From Sarea resinae (taxonomy: Eukaryota): a DNA stretch of 64,000 nt. The notes below the pieces were generated by a model. That model worked only from the letters and a program-made list of their open reading frames with translations, did not search any database and was not told the origin of the DNA. Position numbers and translations under genes: made by a program. Below, piece after piece: positions 38,417-49,350 of the stretch. The stretch covers positions 1-64,000 of the forward strand of contig JAPEUD010000091.1 in the NCBI GenBank assembly GCA_026026165.1, given 5' to 3'. Every line of letters starts with the position of its first letter. Within the stretch, counting starts at the first letter, position 1.

Positions 38417-40090
38417 CTACTTGGCATCCGTTCGAGTCAACCAGATCTTCTCTTCGCCCATCTCCTTGACCCAGCCTATACCTAGAGCTTCCGGTCGACC
38501 ATCCTTTCCGATCCGGAACTCGGCCGGGTAGGCGTCTGGGAACAGTGCTCCGAAGTCTCCCTCATGCTGCGAGGCGACCACGAAGTATTCCCCGCTGATA
38601 TGCTTGAAGCCTAAGCGTTCTTGCCAAGTCATGTCTGTGCGGTCGGCGCGCAGGGTACTCTTTGAAGCATCAAGGTAGATAGTCATGGAGAGGTAGCCCG
38701 GGTGGAAGTATGTCCCGGCGTAGGAGGCGAGAGGTGCGCTCAGAGGGATTCGAGGTTCTGGAAGAGACGGATAGAAGATTTCGGGCGCATGGCGAGCTCT
38801 GTCCATTTCTTTCCCGACCATGGCGAGGTTCCTGGACAATGAGGTTGAGTCAGTTATCAGATCAGGTCAAGGAATTCATATGTCATGAGCCTAGCAGGCA
38901 ATTATCGAACGGAGACTATGGAAAGAAGGAAACGCACTTCCTGTTCCAGTCAAACCTCTTTTCTCTCGGCACGCCGAGCTTCTCATCAATCAGGTGAAAG
39001 GCCAGAGCCTGCTCGGCGCAGTTCGACGTTCCCGCAGTATTGGCAAAAGCCACAATGCTGAAGTTGATATCTGGGAAGATGATGATTTCGGCACCAAAGG
39101 CATTCATGCCCCCAGTGTGTTCCAAAAAGCGCTGCCCCTGATAGACCCCTGTACGCCATCCAAAAGCGTAAGCTCGGGGGCCAGTATAAGGTTCTTCGAG
39201 TGGCATTAGCATTCGGGGAAGCCAGATCGCCTCACGACCGGATTTTGAGAGCGGCGTTTTCTGTTCCATCAGCGCGCGAGCCCATTTGGCGTAATCCAGC
39301 ACGTTGCTTATGACGCCGCCAGCACCAGAGGAATTGTCGAGGTTCATCCACTCTACTGGGAGATATCCGCCATTCTTATAGCTGTAGCCATGAGCAAGGT
39401 CTTCATGCGCATTCTTCGCATGCTCCGTGGAAAAGACGTGGCGGTCATATCGAGAGGTTTCCAGACATGCTTTGCCATGAGATCACCAAGCCAACTTCCT
39501 GTGAGAGTCTCTATGATGTGGGAAACAACGATGAACATGGCATTGCAATATTGATATTTAGTCCGAGGCTCGGCGGTCAATGGTAGGTGGCGCAGAGAGC
39601 GGACGACATCCCTCACCGTTGCATTGTGACCGTCGTATGTGCCCCCTAGAGCTTGGTCGTGCCCTGGCAAGCCCGTCCGATGCGATAAAGCATCCTCAAT
39701 CGTGATATGATTTGTGGCGTATTCATCCTGCAACACGAAATCATCCCGGATCAGCTGACTGATAGGGGTATCCCATTGCACTTCCGGGTGATGATGGTTG
39801 TCATCCACCAAAAGCGACATGATGGCGGCAGTGAAGGCCTTGGTCGTGCTCCCGGCGTAGAACAGTGTCGATGGGGTAACGGGAGTAGCGGGAAAAGACG
39901 CCATGCCATAGCCCTGGTGGCAAGCTGCTCAGTAGGGGCACTCGTGGAGGATGCCTCCATTTACCTCTGCCCACGTCTCATCCCCGTCGACCACGGCCAT
40001 AGCCAGCCCGGGGACGTGCCAAAGATCCAGTGTTTGGTGGACGAGCTCGGCGAACTTCCCACCAAGCGGTCCATCTTTGTTCTGCGTCAT
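38417..40090 (-). pseudogene. Beta-lactamase/penicillin-binding-protein family serine hydrolase with a 1-nt frameshift (pseudogene or sequencing error)
   Basis: Introns 39914-39964 and 38832-38937. SxxK (GSTTKAF), LSHRTG, YxN (YQYCN), GAGGVISN, HTGG and C-terminal YAGTYFHPGY. The frame breaks at ~39431-39437. Start is at 40090 or 40120. Confidence 0.75.
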
Positions 40091-40304
40091 GGTGAGAGAG
40101 ATGGCGAGATTCTCCTTCATCAGCTAAGGACGTGAATGTATCAACATCGTTGTCCGCGTAAAGCGTAACTTCAGTTGTTGATTGAACGTCGGTTGTCTGC
40201 CCTCTGACGTCGCAGGCGCTCGCTCGTCTCTCTTCCATCGCCAACGATAACGATAAGAAAGTCATATCAGTCGATCCCTCAATGCGCCGTGGTCAGGCAT
40301 ATCA

Positions 40305-42197
40305 ATGATCCCAGACATGCCAGATGCCCACGACAGGAAACGAACTCTCTCGTCCCAGCTCGTAGAAAATCCCTTCGTCAAGCGCCACAATCGCGAATGG
40401 GACATTCTAACCTCCCTTCGAACCTCGGTATCCCCGCCACCTACCAGCTCCAGGAAGATCAGACACGATGTCGCGACTGCCACGACCACTCCTGCTGCTC
40501 CGGAGAACCAGACGGTGAATCTTGCTGCCATAGAGGCCGGCGAGGCCAAGATCCGAGATCATCTGGCCTTCTTCTCGGAGCAGCTTGGCCGAGTGACCAG
40601 GCCTCCGTCATTGTCGGCGCCGACACCTCGTCTCTCCAATACCGATTTCGTCGATCTCTACAGGCGGAATCAACATCCGCATGGACACCATTACGTGATC
40701 CATCAACATGACCACCCTGTTGCAGGTGTTCACTATGATTTGCGCCTACAGATCTCCGAGTCGAGCTCCATCAGCTTTGCCATCATGTCCGTTCTTACCC
40801 CTTTATCGCACATGTCGACGGCGGCGGCGGCAGAAGGAAACCAATTGGCGCTGACTGACTGCGGGCCGATTGCAGGTATGGACTGCCGGGAAACCCCAAT
40901 TCGAAACGGCTAAACCGGAATGCCACTGAAACACGGGTGCACAATCTCTGGGTAAGTATGCTGCAATTGAATGCATCTTTGATGTCTTGAATTCGAATCA
41001 GTATTTCCTATCTTCTCTGCGTACCTATATTCACCGGAGATCTCAATGGCTATTCCTTCGTCCCGCACTTTCTGATTTAACATTTTTCGTCTCTTGCTTC
41101 ATCATGGCCACTTCTACAATCGTATCGGAGCAGGGGCTAATGTCTTGGATAGAATCATTTGATCGAGACGGCCAGTCTCTCTACGGGCTCGCTGCTAATC
41201 TGGGACACGGGGGAATACTATGTGCTCCCATTCCGTCAAGAGCAGCCCGAAACAGACGACGAGCTATCGCAGAAGCAAGGCGTATTTCTCGATGGTATCT
41301 CCAACGACGATAGAAGCCCAGCGGAGAACGAAAAGCTTGCGAAAGCATTCAAGAACGCAAGTGCCCCTGACTGGCTGGCTGCCTGTCCCCTCTGGTAGAG
41401 TACCCACAACTAATGCTTATCCATAGCGAAAGATCCGTCTCCGTCTTCAGGGCACCAAATTGCCAAAGAATTACACCCTTAGTCTGCGCCTGCCCAAAAC
41501 GAACGACCGATCAGAGCCGCCCAAAAAGCCAACACGAAGGCGAAACAAAGCGCCGCGGGGAAACGATGTCCCCTCGTCGCGAGTAGCACGACGAAACTTC
41601 AATAAAGCCACTGGAGTGGCGTCAACAACCCCGATCACAACAGACGAAAGCCAATCCGATGGCGAAGCAGCCACAAATCCCGCAACGACGACGAAGACAA
41701 CCGAAGATAGCACAACCATCGCCTCCACCGCTGCCCCCCACGACGCAGCCGCCATAGCGCACGAGATCGCCGAGCAAGAAGACGAGCAAGTCCGCCTCTC
41801 GAACGCCTACCCCGGCGCCACCAACACCGTCGGCTCCATCCATCAGCGGCGATGGTACCTCTCTCTCGACCGCATGGCCTCGGGGTTCGTGCGTCAGAAA
41901 AAACGAAGCGGCAGCGGTACACAGGCCGCCTGCGTGCGCTGGACGGTGCCGGCGCGAGAGCCTGGAGGCGTCGTACCGGGAGCCGAAGGCGCCGACGACA
42001 ATGACGGCCAAGGCCAAAGTCAAGGTCCCAACGACCGTCTCGGACCAGGACCGCCCCGTGGGTTCGAGCCTTTTTTCGTGCGTGGCAGAGACGAAGAAAG
42101 GAGCGTGATCACGGGCCGTAATGCGGACGCGATCATGGCCGATGAGGGCGTACACGGGTTCGTGGGCCGCAAGGGATGGCGACCTGTTCTGGAATAG
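40305..42197 (+). CDS. LigD-type DNA 3'-phosphoesterase (LigD_N/PE domain) protein
   Basis: Introns ~40787-40877, ~40952-41152, and 41357-41426 (GC-AG). Motifs YVIHQHDH..HYDLRLQ, SFAIMYGLP, NATETRVH, LLIWDTGEY, IRLRLQGTKL. Confidence 0.85.
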
Positions 42198-42847
42198 CCA
42201 TTTGACAAGAACAAGACCACCCTTCTTCGTTCGGGCTGGTGTCTCCGACTCGGGAGGTTTGGTCCTCGTGAAGCTGGATGCGAGAGTCGTTAGCTGGGCT
42301 TCACTTGCATAAGGTAGCTATAGGTTCGGCCAGCAAGGGGAGAGGTTGTCGGGGCGAGTACAGCTCTGATGGGCTGGATATCCGTTATAGATTACAGATC
42401 TTCTTGAACGGACATCTAGAAGGAAGAGCTTTTTACTATCCCGAAGATATTGAGACTGTCTTCAGAATTCTCGTACTGCGGGGTGTGACGTCCAGAGAAC
42501 ACTACTGTAGCCTGTGTGACACTCACTATGTTTGGCATGAGCCCATCGTCAAAATTAAATTCCCTTTCCTCAAGACATCTTCATCCTCACCAAGGCACTT
42601 CATGTCAATTCTGGCCCAATCACAAGTGAGGAAGAACACAACCACGATTTACCAACCTGGTCAGAACGTCCAAGCTGAAGATGAAGAAGAGTTTATTCCC
42701 TTATCGACGAAAAAAAAACCCCCCCCCATTTATTGAACATGGGAGGCCGCACACCAGATATGAAAACGAATAACAAAAAAGGAAGAATCCGACCTCCGCC
42801 ATCCCACCGCAACCAAACCAAATCACCCAATTAATTAATCAATCACT

Positions 42848-45800
42848 TCACCGCTTCTCGACGAGAAGTACATGCATGGCAAGATACGCGAGGATGATGA
42901 AGATGCCCGAGAACACCGCCAGAGAAATGACATCGCGCCACAGAGCCAGGACGTTGAAACCAAAGGAACTCAATATGGACGCGCCGGGGACTTCGATGTC
43001 CAGCCCGTACCTATAGAAAGCAAAGAGAACGAGACAGATTAGCAAGGTTTCTTGTCTTGACTGAAAGTCTGGAAAGGCCACCAAAAGAAAGAAGGGCCCG
43101 GTCCCGGGGGCGCCGGAAAGGGGAAAGGGGGCCGGGGGAAGGGTTGCTTACTTGTGATCGATCAGAGTGAGGTATTTGACCTCATTAACAAGCAAGGATT
43201 CAAACCCGTAATGGAAAATCGAAAGCTAGAATGTCTCTATTAGCATCTCCCAACGAGAAGGTCTCAGCGCCACTTACAGTTTGCAGGAACAGAGCAGACT
43301 TGGGAATGGCATCGTGATTGAGGAGCAAGCCGGCGAACAGCAAGCTGAAAAGCATGACCAGACTGCCGATAAGATTGGCCATGCCACCATCCTTGAAGAT
43401 GATCCCAATGAACAGGCATATTGTCGCTGCGGCCAAATTAAAGAGGACCAAAACCAAGATGAATTTGAAAAATTCCGGCCAAGCGGGGACCAACCCAACC
43501 ATAGGGTAGACGATAGTGCCCATGATAACGGGCGGAATGAGACGAAGAGGAACAATGTCGAAGATGACTTTGGCGGCAAAATATGTTATGGGGTGATAAT
43601 ATCCGTTCGCTCTTTCTCTAACAAACAGCAATCGCTCCGACGCGAATACCGTCACGGTTGTCAAAGTGGAGAACCCGAAAAGAGCGAGTACGAAGAAGAA
43701 AAGGCCCATGCGGTTCTGGAATCCCTTGATGTCGTCGGTCAAGCCGTAGAAAAGGAAGCCAGAAAGGACGGCGAGCAAAATGGCGATGGCATAATGAGTT
43801 AGCATCAGCATAGGATTTCGGTACAGATTTCGCCACGTCCGCTTTGATAAAATGACGAATTGGCCGATGAGCCCCACACGCCTATAGCCCTTCATGGTCT
43901 GGGACACCGTGGAGCCGTTGGCATCCTGGTTAGAACTTGCGCTGCCGTTTGCAGCGCCAGCGTTTGAGATAGCGTTTTCAATCTCACTATGGACGGATGC
44001 AGCGACATCGGAATTACTGTAGCTCGAAATAAGAGCGTCGAGATCAGTATCGATCCCAGACGCAGAAGGTGGGACCTGGTGCGGGTCATCCGATATCTGT
44101 GGCGGTGTTTGCCCTTGGCGAGTGAGTCTCAGCCATTGTTGGGTGCTCTCTGCATTGTTTTGAAGCAAGGACACATCCTCCTCGGTACGGGCAGTGCTAG
44201 GGGTTTCGACCCCCGAGCTCCTCTTCCGTGTATATAATTGTCGATCTTGCTGCTGCTTAAGAGACTGCCTTCTCTTATTCCGCGGTCTACTAAGTGAGTC
44301 ACCGATACTGCCGACGCTGCTGTCATCGAAACTGGCATTAGAGACGCTCGGTACTGACTTGATCGCTCGCGTGCTGCTCGATCCTGTGCGGAGTCCATCA
44401 TGACCGTCACCAAGGAGCGAAAGGTCTTCGCTTCCGGGAACGGGTGTGGTGCTTGCATGCATAGTAAGGTCCACAAGGTAATCCGCGATGTTGAAACCAG
44501 GAGGGCAAGAGTATCCAATATGGTCAAAGTAGCTCTGGCAATTTGCGAATGGACCCGAGTAGACTGTCTTACCCTTGGCTAAAAGAATGAGTTGGTCGAA
44601 CAGAGCAACAATGTTAGACCGAGGCTGATGGATAGTGAACACCACTGTTCGATTATAATTTTTGGTAAGGGTAACGAGACATTCCACAACGTTGAAGGCA
44701 TTAAACGCATCAAGTCCACTGGTAGGTTCATCGAGGAATAAAATGCTCGGGCTGGTGACCAGCTCGCAGGCAATCCCAACCCTTCTCTTTTCACCGCCTG
44801 AGATGCCTCTGCCATTCCCCTCTTCGGAGCCAATCAGCTGATTGCGAATAGCAAATATGCCAAGCTGCTTCTCAACCTCCATTACCCTTTGCTCTTTTGC
44901 AGACAGGCTCATGTCTCGAGGCAGCCTTAATAACGCACTGTTGAGGATGGTCTCGTGGACGCTCAACGTCGGCAACATGGTATCTTCTTGGTCGACAAAA
45001 CCGATAACATTTCGGTACTCGCTGTCCACAAACTTCTCTCCATTGACGAGTATTGCACCTTCCACGACACCTCTTTTATTCTTCTTCGCCAATATGTCAA
45101 GAAAGGTGGTCTTTCCGGCGCCAGAAGCCCCCATGATTGCCATAATCTGGCCTGGCTGGACCACACCGTGTATCCCTGATAGGATCTGCTTGTTATCAAG
45201 GGAATAGGAGATGTTCTCGAAGTAAAGAGCGGCTGGCTTGTGATCGGCCATAAGCTTGGCACTTTCGTCGTCCGAATCATCTGATAAACGGATGGCGCCA
45301 TATTTCATCTGGGTTGATCTTCTTCCGAGATACCAGACCAAGAGAATGATGGCCACAACAAAGAGGGCACAGCCAGCAATAACGCCCGCTATCAAAGGTG
45401 TATTAATCTTCTTTATCGGCCGCTGATAACCCGGGACATCAGTCTGGTACAAGCACTCTCCCGCGCTACAGTTCAACGTGATGCTTTCATCGCCAAAGAC
45501 GCTCTTGATCAGATCGTTCATTGCGGGCTCGGAGAATATGCTTCCGTCGGAAGGACTGCCCCCTTCGGTAGAGACAGAGCTGAATGAGGCTGGGCCCTTG
45601 ATTTCCTCTTCCAAGAAATCGCCAATATCGATGGAGCCCTCTTCTCCACACAACATCCTGCCTGGAATGCATGCGCACTTGATGTTCTCGCACTTGTAAT
45701 TGGTAGTGTTCTTGCTATAGTCGTTCTTCATGCTGAACTCGCATTGGTCCAAAGTACAGTAAAAGGACTCTCGTTGGTCGACCCAGAATTGGAACCCACA

Positions 45801-46337
45801 TTCTAGATCCTCGGCGTTGCAAGAGAAAGTCACTTGCGGCTTTTGCTCCTTTAGCTGGTCCAATATCTTCCTGTTCGTAACGTCGCACATCTGGTAATTC
45901 TCGTTCACCACTACACCCTGGGTATAGCAAACACCCCCGGTCTTTTCCGGCATCAACGCATTACACGCCTCATTCGTCTTGCAGACGTTGCAGTTGATGC
46001 CCTCCCATCCTTCCTTGCAGTCGCAGTATTGATCGGCCCTAGGCAACCGATCCTTGCCATCGGGTAGAGAACCGCAAAGAGGTTTGGAGCAGTCCTCCCC
46101 TCCGAAGCCGGCCGGACAGGAGCATTTGCCATTATACTTGTCGCAAGTTGCGAACTGCGCACACTGGAAGGCCGGAAGAAGACAGTTGAAGCAGGGAGGG
46201 CAGTCGTCCGGCCGGCCATCTTGGATGGCGAAACTCGACTCCAGTGAGTCTATGGTGGAGGCATTCCCAAAGGCGGTAACAGCCTGCGAAAGGCCGAGGG
46301 TGGTGGTGATGGATAGGAGGAGAGGTAAAGGACGCAT
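42848..46337 (-). CDS. ADP1: ABCG half transporter with N-terminal EGF-like Cys-rich domain (Adp1)
   Basis: Signal peptide, EGF-like Cys repeats, TM helix, NBD ([30 protein letters not shown]) and ABC2 membrane domain. Introns 43226-43277 and 43011-43151. Confidence 0.93.
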
Positions 46338-46937
46338 TTGGGACCACGGTTGATGCGATGACGACTGGTGACGGCGGGAGTTGTTGATATCGCCACCTCA
46401 GCACGAAGGCTTTGAAGCACGGGAGTAAAGGAGTGACTAGGACAACATAGAGTGAAGAAGAAGAGACGATATACTCCTGATGAGGAGCAGGTTTCGGCTG
46501 AGCTTCAATGGGGCCGTGGGAGAAGAGAGGGAGGAGAACAGAGCAGAATGGATATCGGAGAACGGCATGAATGATGAAGGCGTCGCCGGTGCTGTGTCTA
46601 CCCTGCTACCTACTATTGTCGTAGCTTACGGGCTACCTACAGCTGTCTTGAGCTACAGGAATGGGGGAGTCTGGTACCTGCCAAGTACTGTCTCTGGTAT
46701 CTCCCCGTATTTGGCAGGCAAAGGAGTACGAGATGTGTACGAGATGTGTACGAGATGTCTAGTCACTATATGAGGCAGGTACGAGAGGAGCGACCAGGAC
46801 TATGATATGATCATCGACTGCTCCTGCACCGGTCATGCCGCCTGTTTCCGGCGTGCTCCCCCGGCTCCGCCTCTACCTCCACCGCGCCCCCATCTCATTT
46901 CCCTCTACTTCGGATGCCTCCCATGGTCGACGATACC

Positions 46938-47000
46938 GTCAAGTGCGTCAAGTGCGTCAAGTGCGTCAAGTGCGTCAAGTGCGTCAAGTGCGTCAAGTGC
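46938..47000. repeat. (GTCAAGTGC)7 perfect 9-bp minisatellite
   Basis: Directly visible in the ADP1/aminotransferase divergent intergenic region. An 11-bp x3 repeat (gtacgagatgt) lies at 46726-46758. Confidence 0.95.
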
Positions 47001-47399
47001 ACTCTTCTGCGGGGAAGCGCGAGGTGGCTTGATGGCCGGATCAAGAGGGAAGGAGAGAAGGAGAGAGCCCGGGAACCCTCATCTCCTCCGTATCGTTCAT
47101 GATGGCTTCCAGTTCCATGCATACCTTACGATCCTGCCGTTCTCCAGCGCGGGGAACGGGGAACGGGGAACGGCGGGAGTGAGCCCGCCCTGGAAAGCTC
47201 CGCTCCTCGGGCAGCCTCCAGCCACACACACCTCCCTAGCACGCAGCAGTCGCCGTCTCCCACCCACCTTCCTCCTTGGGTGGACTGCTTATTGATGTAG
47301 TCTCTACTGCGCAGTACACACGGTCGACCTGCCAGTAGCTTTAGTAGAATCAGAGGACTCATCTACCGTCACAGATTATCTGCAAGGGCCGCACTCGTC

Positions 47400-48794
47400 A
47401 TGGTGAACATCGAGCCTTTCGCTGTTGAGCAGGTATGCACCACATCCACCACCTCCATCGTGTTCACAGGCGGAGGCGAGCTCTCTGCTAAGCTCAGAAC
47501 ATAGTGGATGGATACGTATGAAACGAGAGCCCGCTACAATCTTGCAGAAACATGCTGCGCATCAATTTCATTTTCGGACCTCAAGGGCTTGTGCGGCTTG
47601 CCTGAGAACAGCGCTTCCCACGATCCTCTTGACTCGTTCGTGAATACCAAGCTCACCTATGGGGCCATTCGCGGCTCTGAGAATCTGAGACGCAACATCG
47701 GAAGCTTATATGCTACTGACGGATTACCCCCTTTACCCTTCGAAAATATATTGGTAACTCCAGGGGCCATTTCAGCGAATTTTCTGTTGTTATTTTCTCT
47801 GATCACAGCCAGTGATCATGTTGTCTGTCACTGTATGTGATCTCCATACGCTGCTTTGCGAATTATCGCTGAGGTCAAAATAAGACCCTACGTATCAACA
47901 GCTTTTCTCTCTTCCTGCGAGCCTCGGCGCGGAGGTATCTCTTTGGAAAGCAGACCCAAAGGATTCTTGGATACTTGACGTTGAACAGCTAAAGAAACTA
48001 CTGAAGCCTAATACCAAGCTTATCATAATAAAGTATGCCATCTTGCACGCCCTTGACTTCTAATGACTGATCAACATTCAAGCAACCCTAACAATCCCAC
48101 TGGGGCTGCACTGCCTCAGGTGGTCCTCGAAAAGATTGTTTCACTTGCGCGCGAACGGGACATCTATGTGCTATCGGATGAAGTTTACCGGCCATTGTTT
48201 CATTCTCCTATGCTAGAGCATCCAGAGGCCCCTCCATCTATTCTGGCAATGGGGTATTCCAAGACCATTGCTACTGGCTCACTCTCCAAAGCGTTTGCAC
48301 TTGCTGGCATCCGAGTTGGCTGGATTGCTTCGCAAGATGATGCTATCATCAAGGCCTGTGCTCTGAGAAGAGACTACACGACGATCTCTGTAAGCCAGCT
48401 TGATGATCGAGTTGCTGATTTTGCGTTGGGTAAAGGAACGGTGCAGAAGCTCCTGCAGAGAAATTTGAAGCTGGCAAAAACAAACCTGGAAATAGTCCGC
48501 CAATTTATGAATTGTCATGTCGATATAACGGATTGGGTCAGGCCCACTGCGGGAACGACCGCTTTTGTCAGGTTCAAGAGGGGAGGCCGTCCTGTAGATG
48601 ACGTGGAATTTTGCAAACAACTGCAGGAGAAGACGGGAGTAATGTTCTGCCCCGGCAGTAAATGCTTTGGAGAAGAATTCTCAGGATATATTCGGATTGG
48701 TTACGCCTGTGAGACTGCAGTTCTTGAAGCTGGCTTGGAGAAGTTGACCACATTCCTCGAGAATGAGTACGACCATATCCCAACTGCCATCTAG
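47400..48794 (+). CDS. PLP-dependent class I/II aminotransferase (capreomycidine synthase-like subfamily)
   Basis: Three introns (~47433-47504, ~47833-47884, ~48032-48082). MVNIEPFAVEQWMD, YNLAETC, NNPNNPTG, SDEVYRPL, and the PLP lysine motif GSLSKAFALAGIRVGW. Confidence 0.88.
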
Positions 48795-49350
48795 ATCGAA
48801 ACAATATCAGTTATGCTCAATGATTGAAATATAAAGAGAGTTCAGTATCTATTCATAATGAACCCATTGTTGACCATCCAAATCCAATTCGATGGAGCGT
48901 GAAGGGCGACAGTACCTATTATCCTCGTCCGGGTAAACGTGTAACATCGGCCCGACTGAGAGCCACGGCGGTCGATCTGATACCTGATAGCGAAGTTCTG
49001 CCATCTCATGAGTACTGAGAGACTGGCGCAATTGTAGCACGGGGACAAGTCTTGCTACGCCAAAGAGGACTTCGTCATAAGTTACCCTAATCTAATCGGT
49101 CCTCAGATAGGTACCTTGGGTACCTGATAACGTACATATCGAAGCTTGGGGGCCGTCGGCCTTAGTGTACGAGCACGTTTTATCCGTTGTTGTTGGCATC
49201 AACCCTTCCAACCCGACGCACCTGAGAGCTGAGCTTTCAAATTGCTGACATTTCCTTTCTGGCAGTTTGCATCTAGCAATGTGCCAGCTGTCCGCTCGGA
49301 GACTTGGCTGAATTATTTCCTCTTCCATATGAGCATTGTATTGGTTCGCC

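Noticed and set aside
46938..47000. CRISPR-like array
   Set aside because: Contiguous tandem units with no spacers, eukaryotic context and no cas genes.
46807..47295. ORFs with VKC/RQV/THL repeats (metallothionein-like or RiPP-precursor-like appearance)
   Set aside because: All frames are open only because the 9-bp unit has no stop codon. There is no signal peptide, no KR sites and no neighbouring DUF3328 gene.
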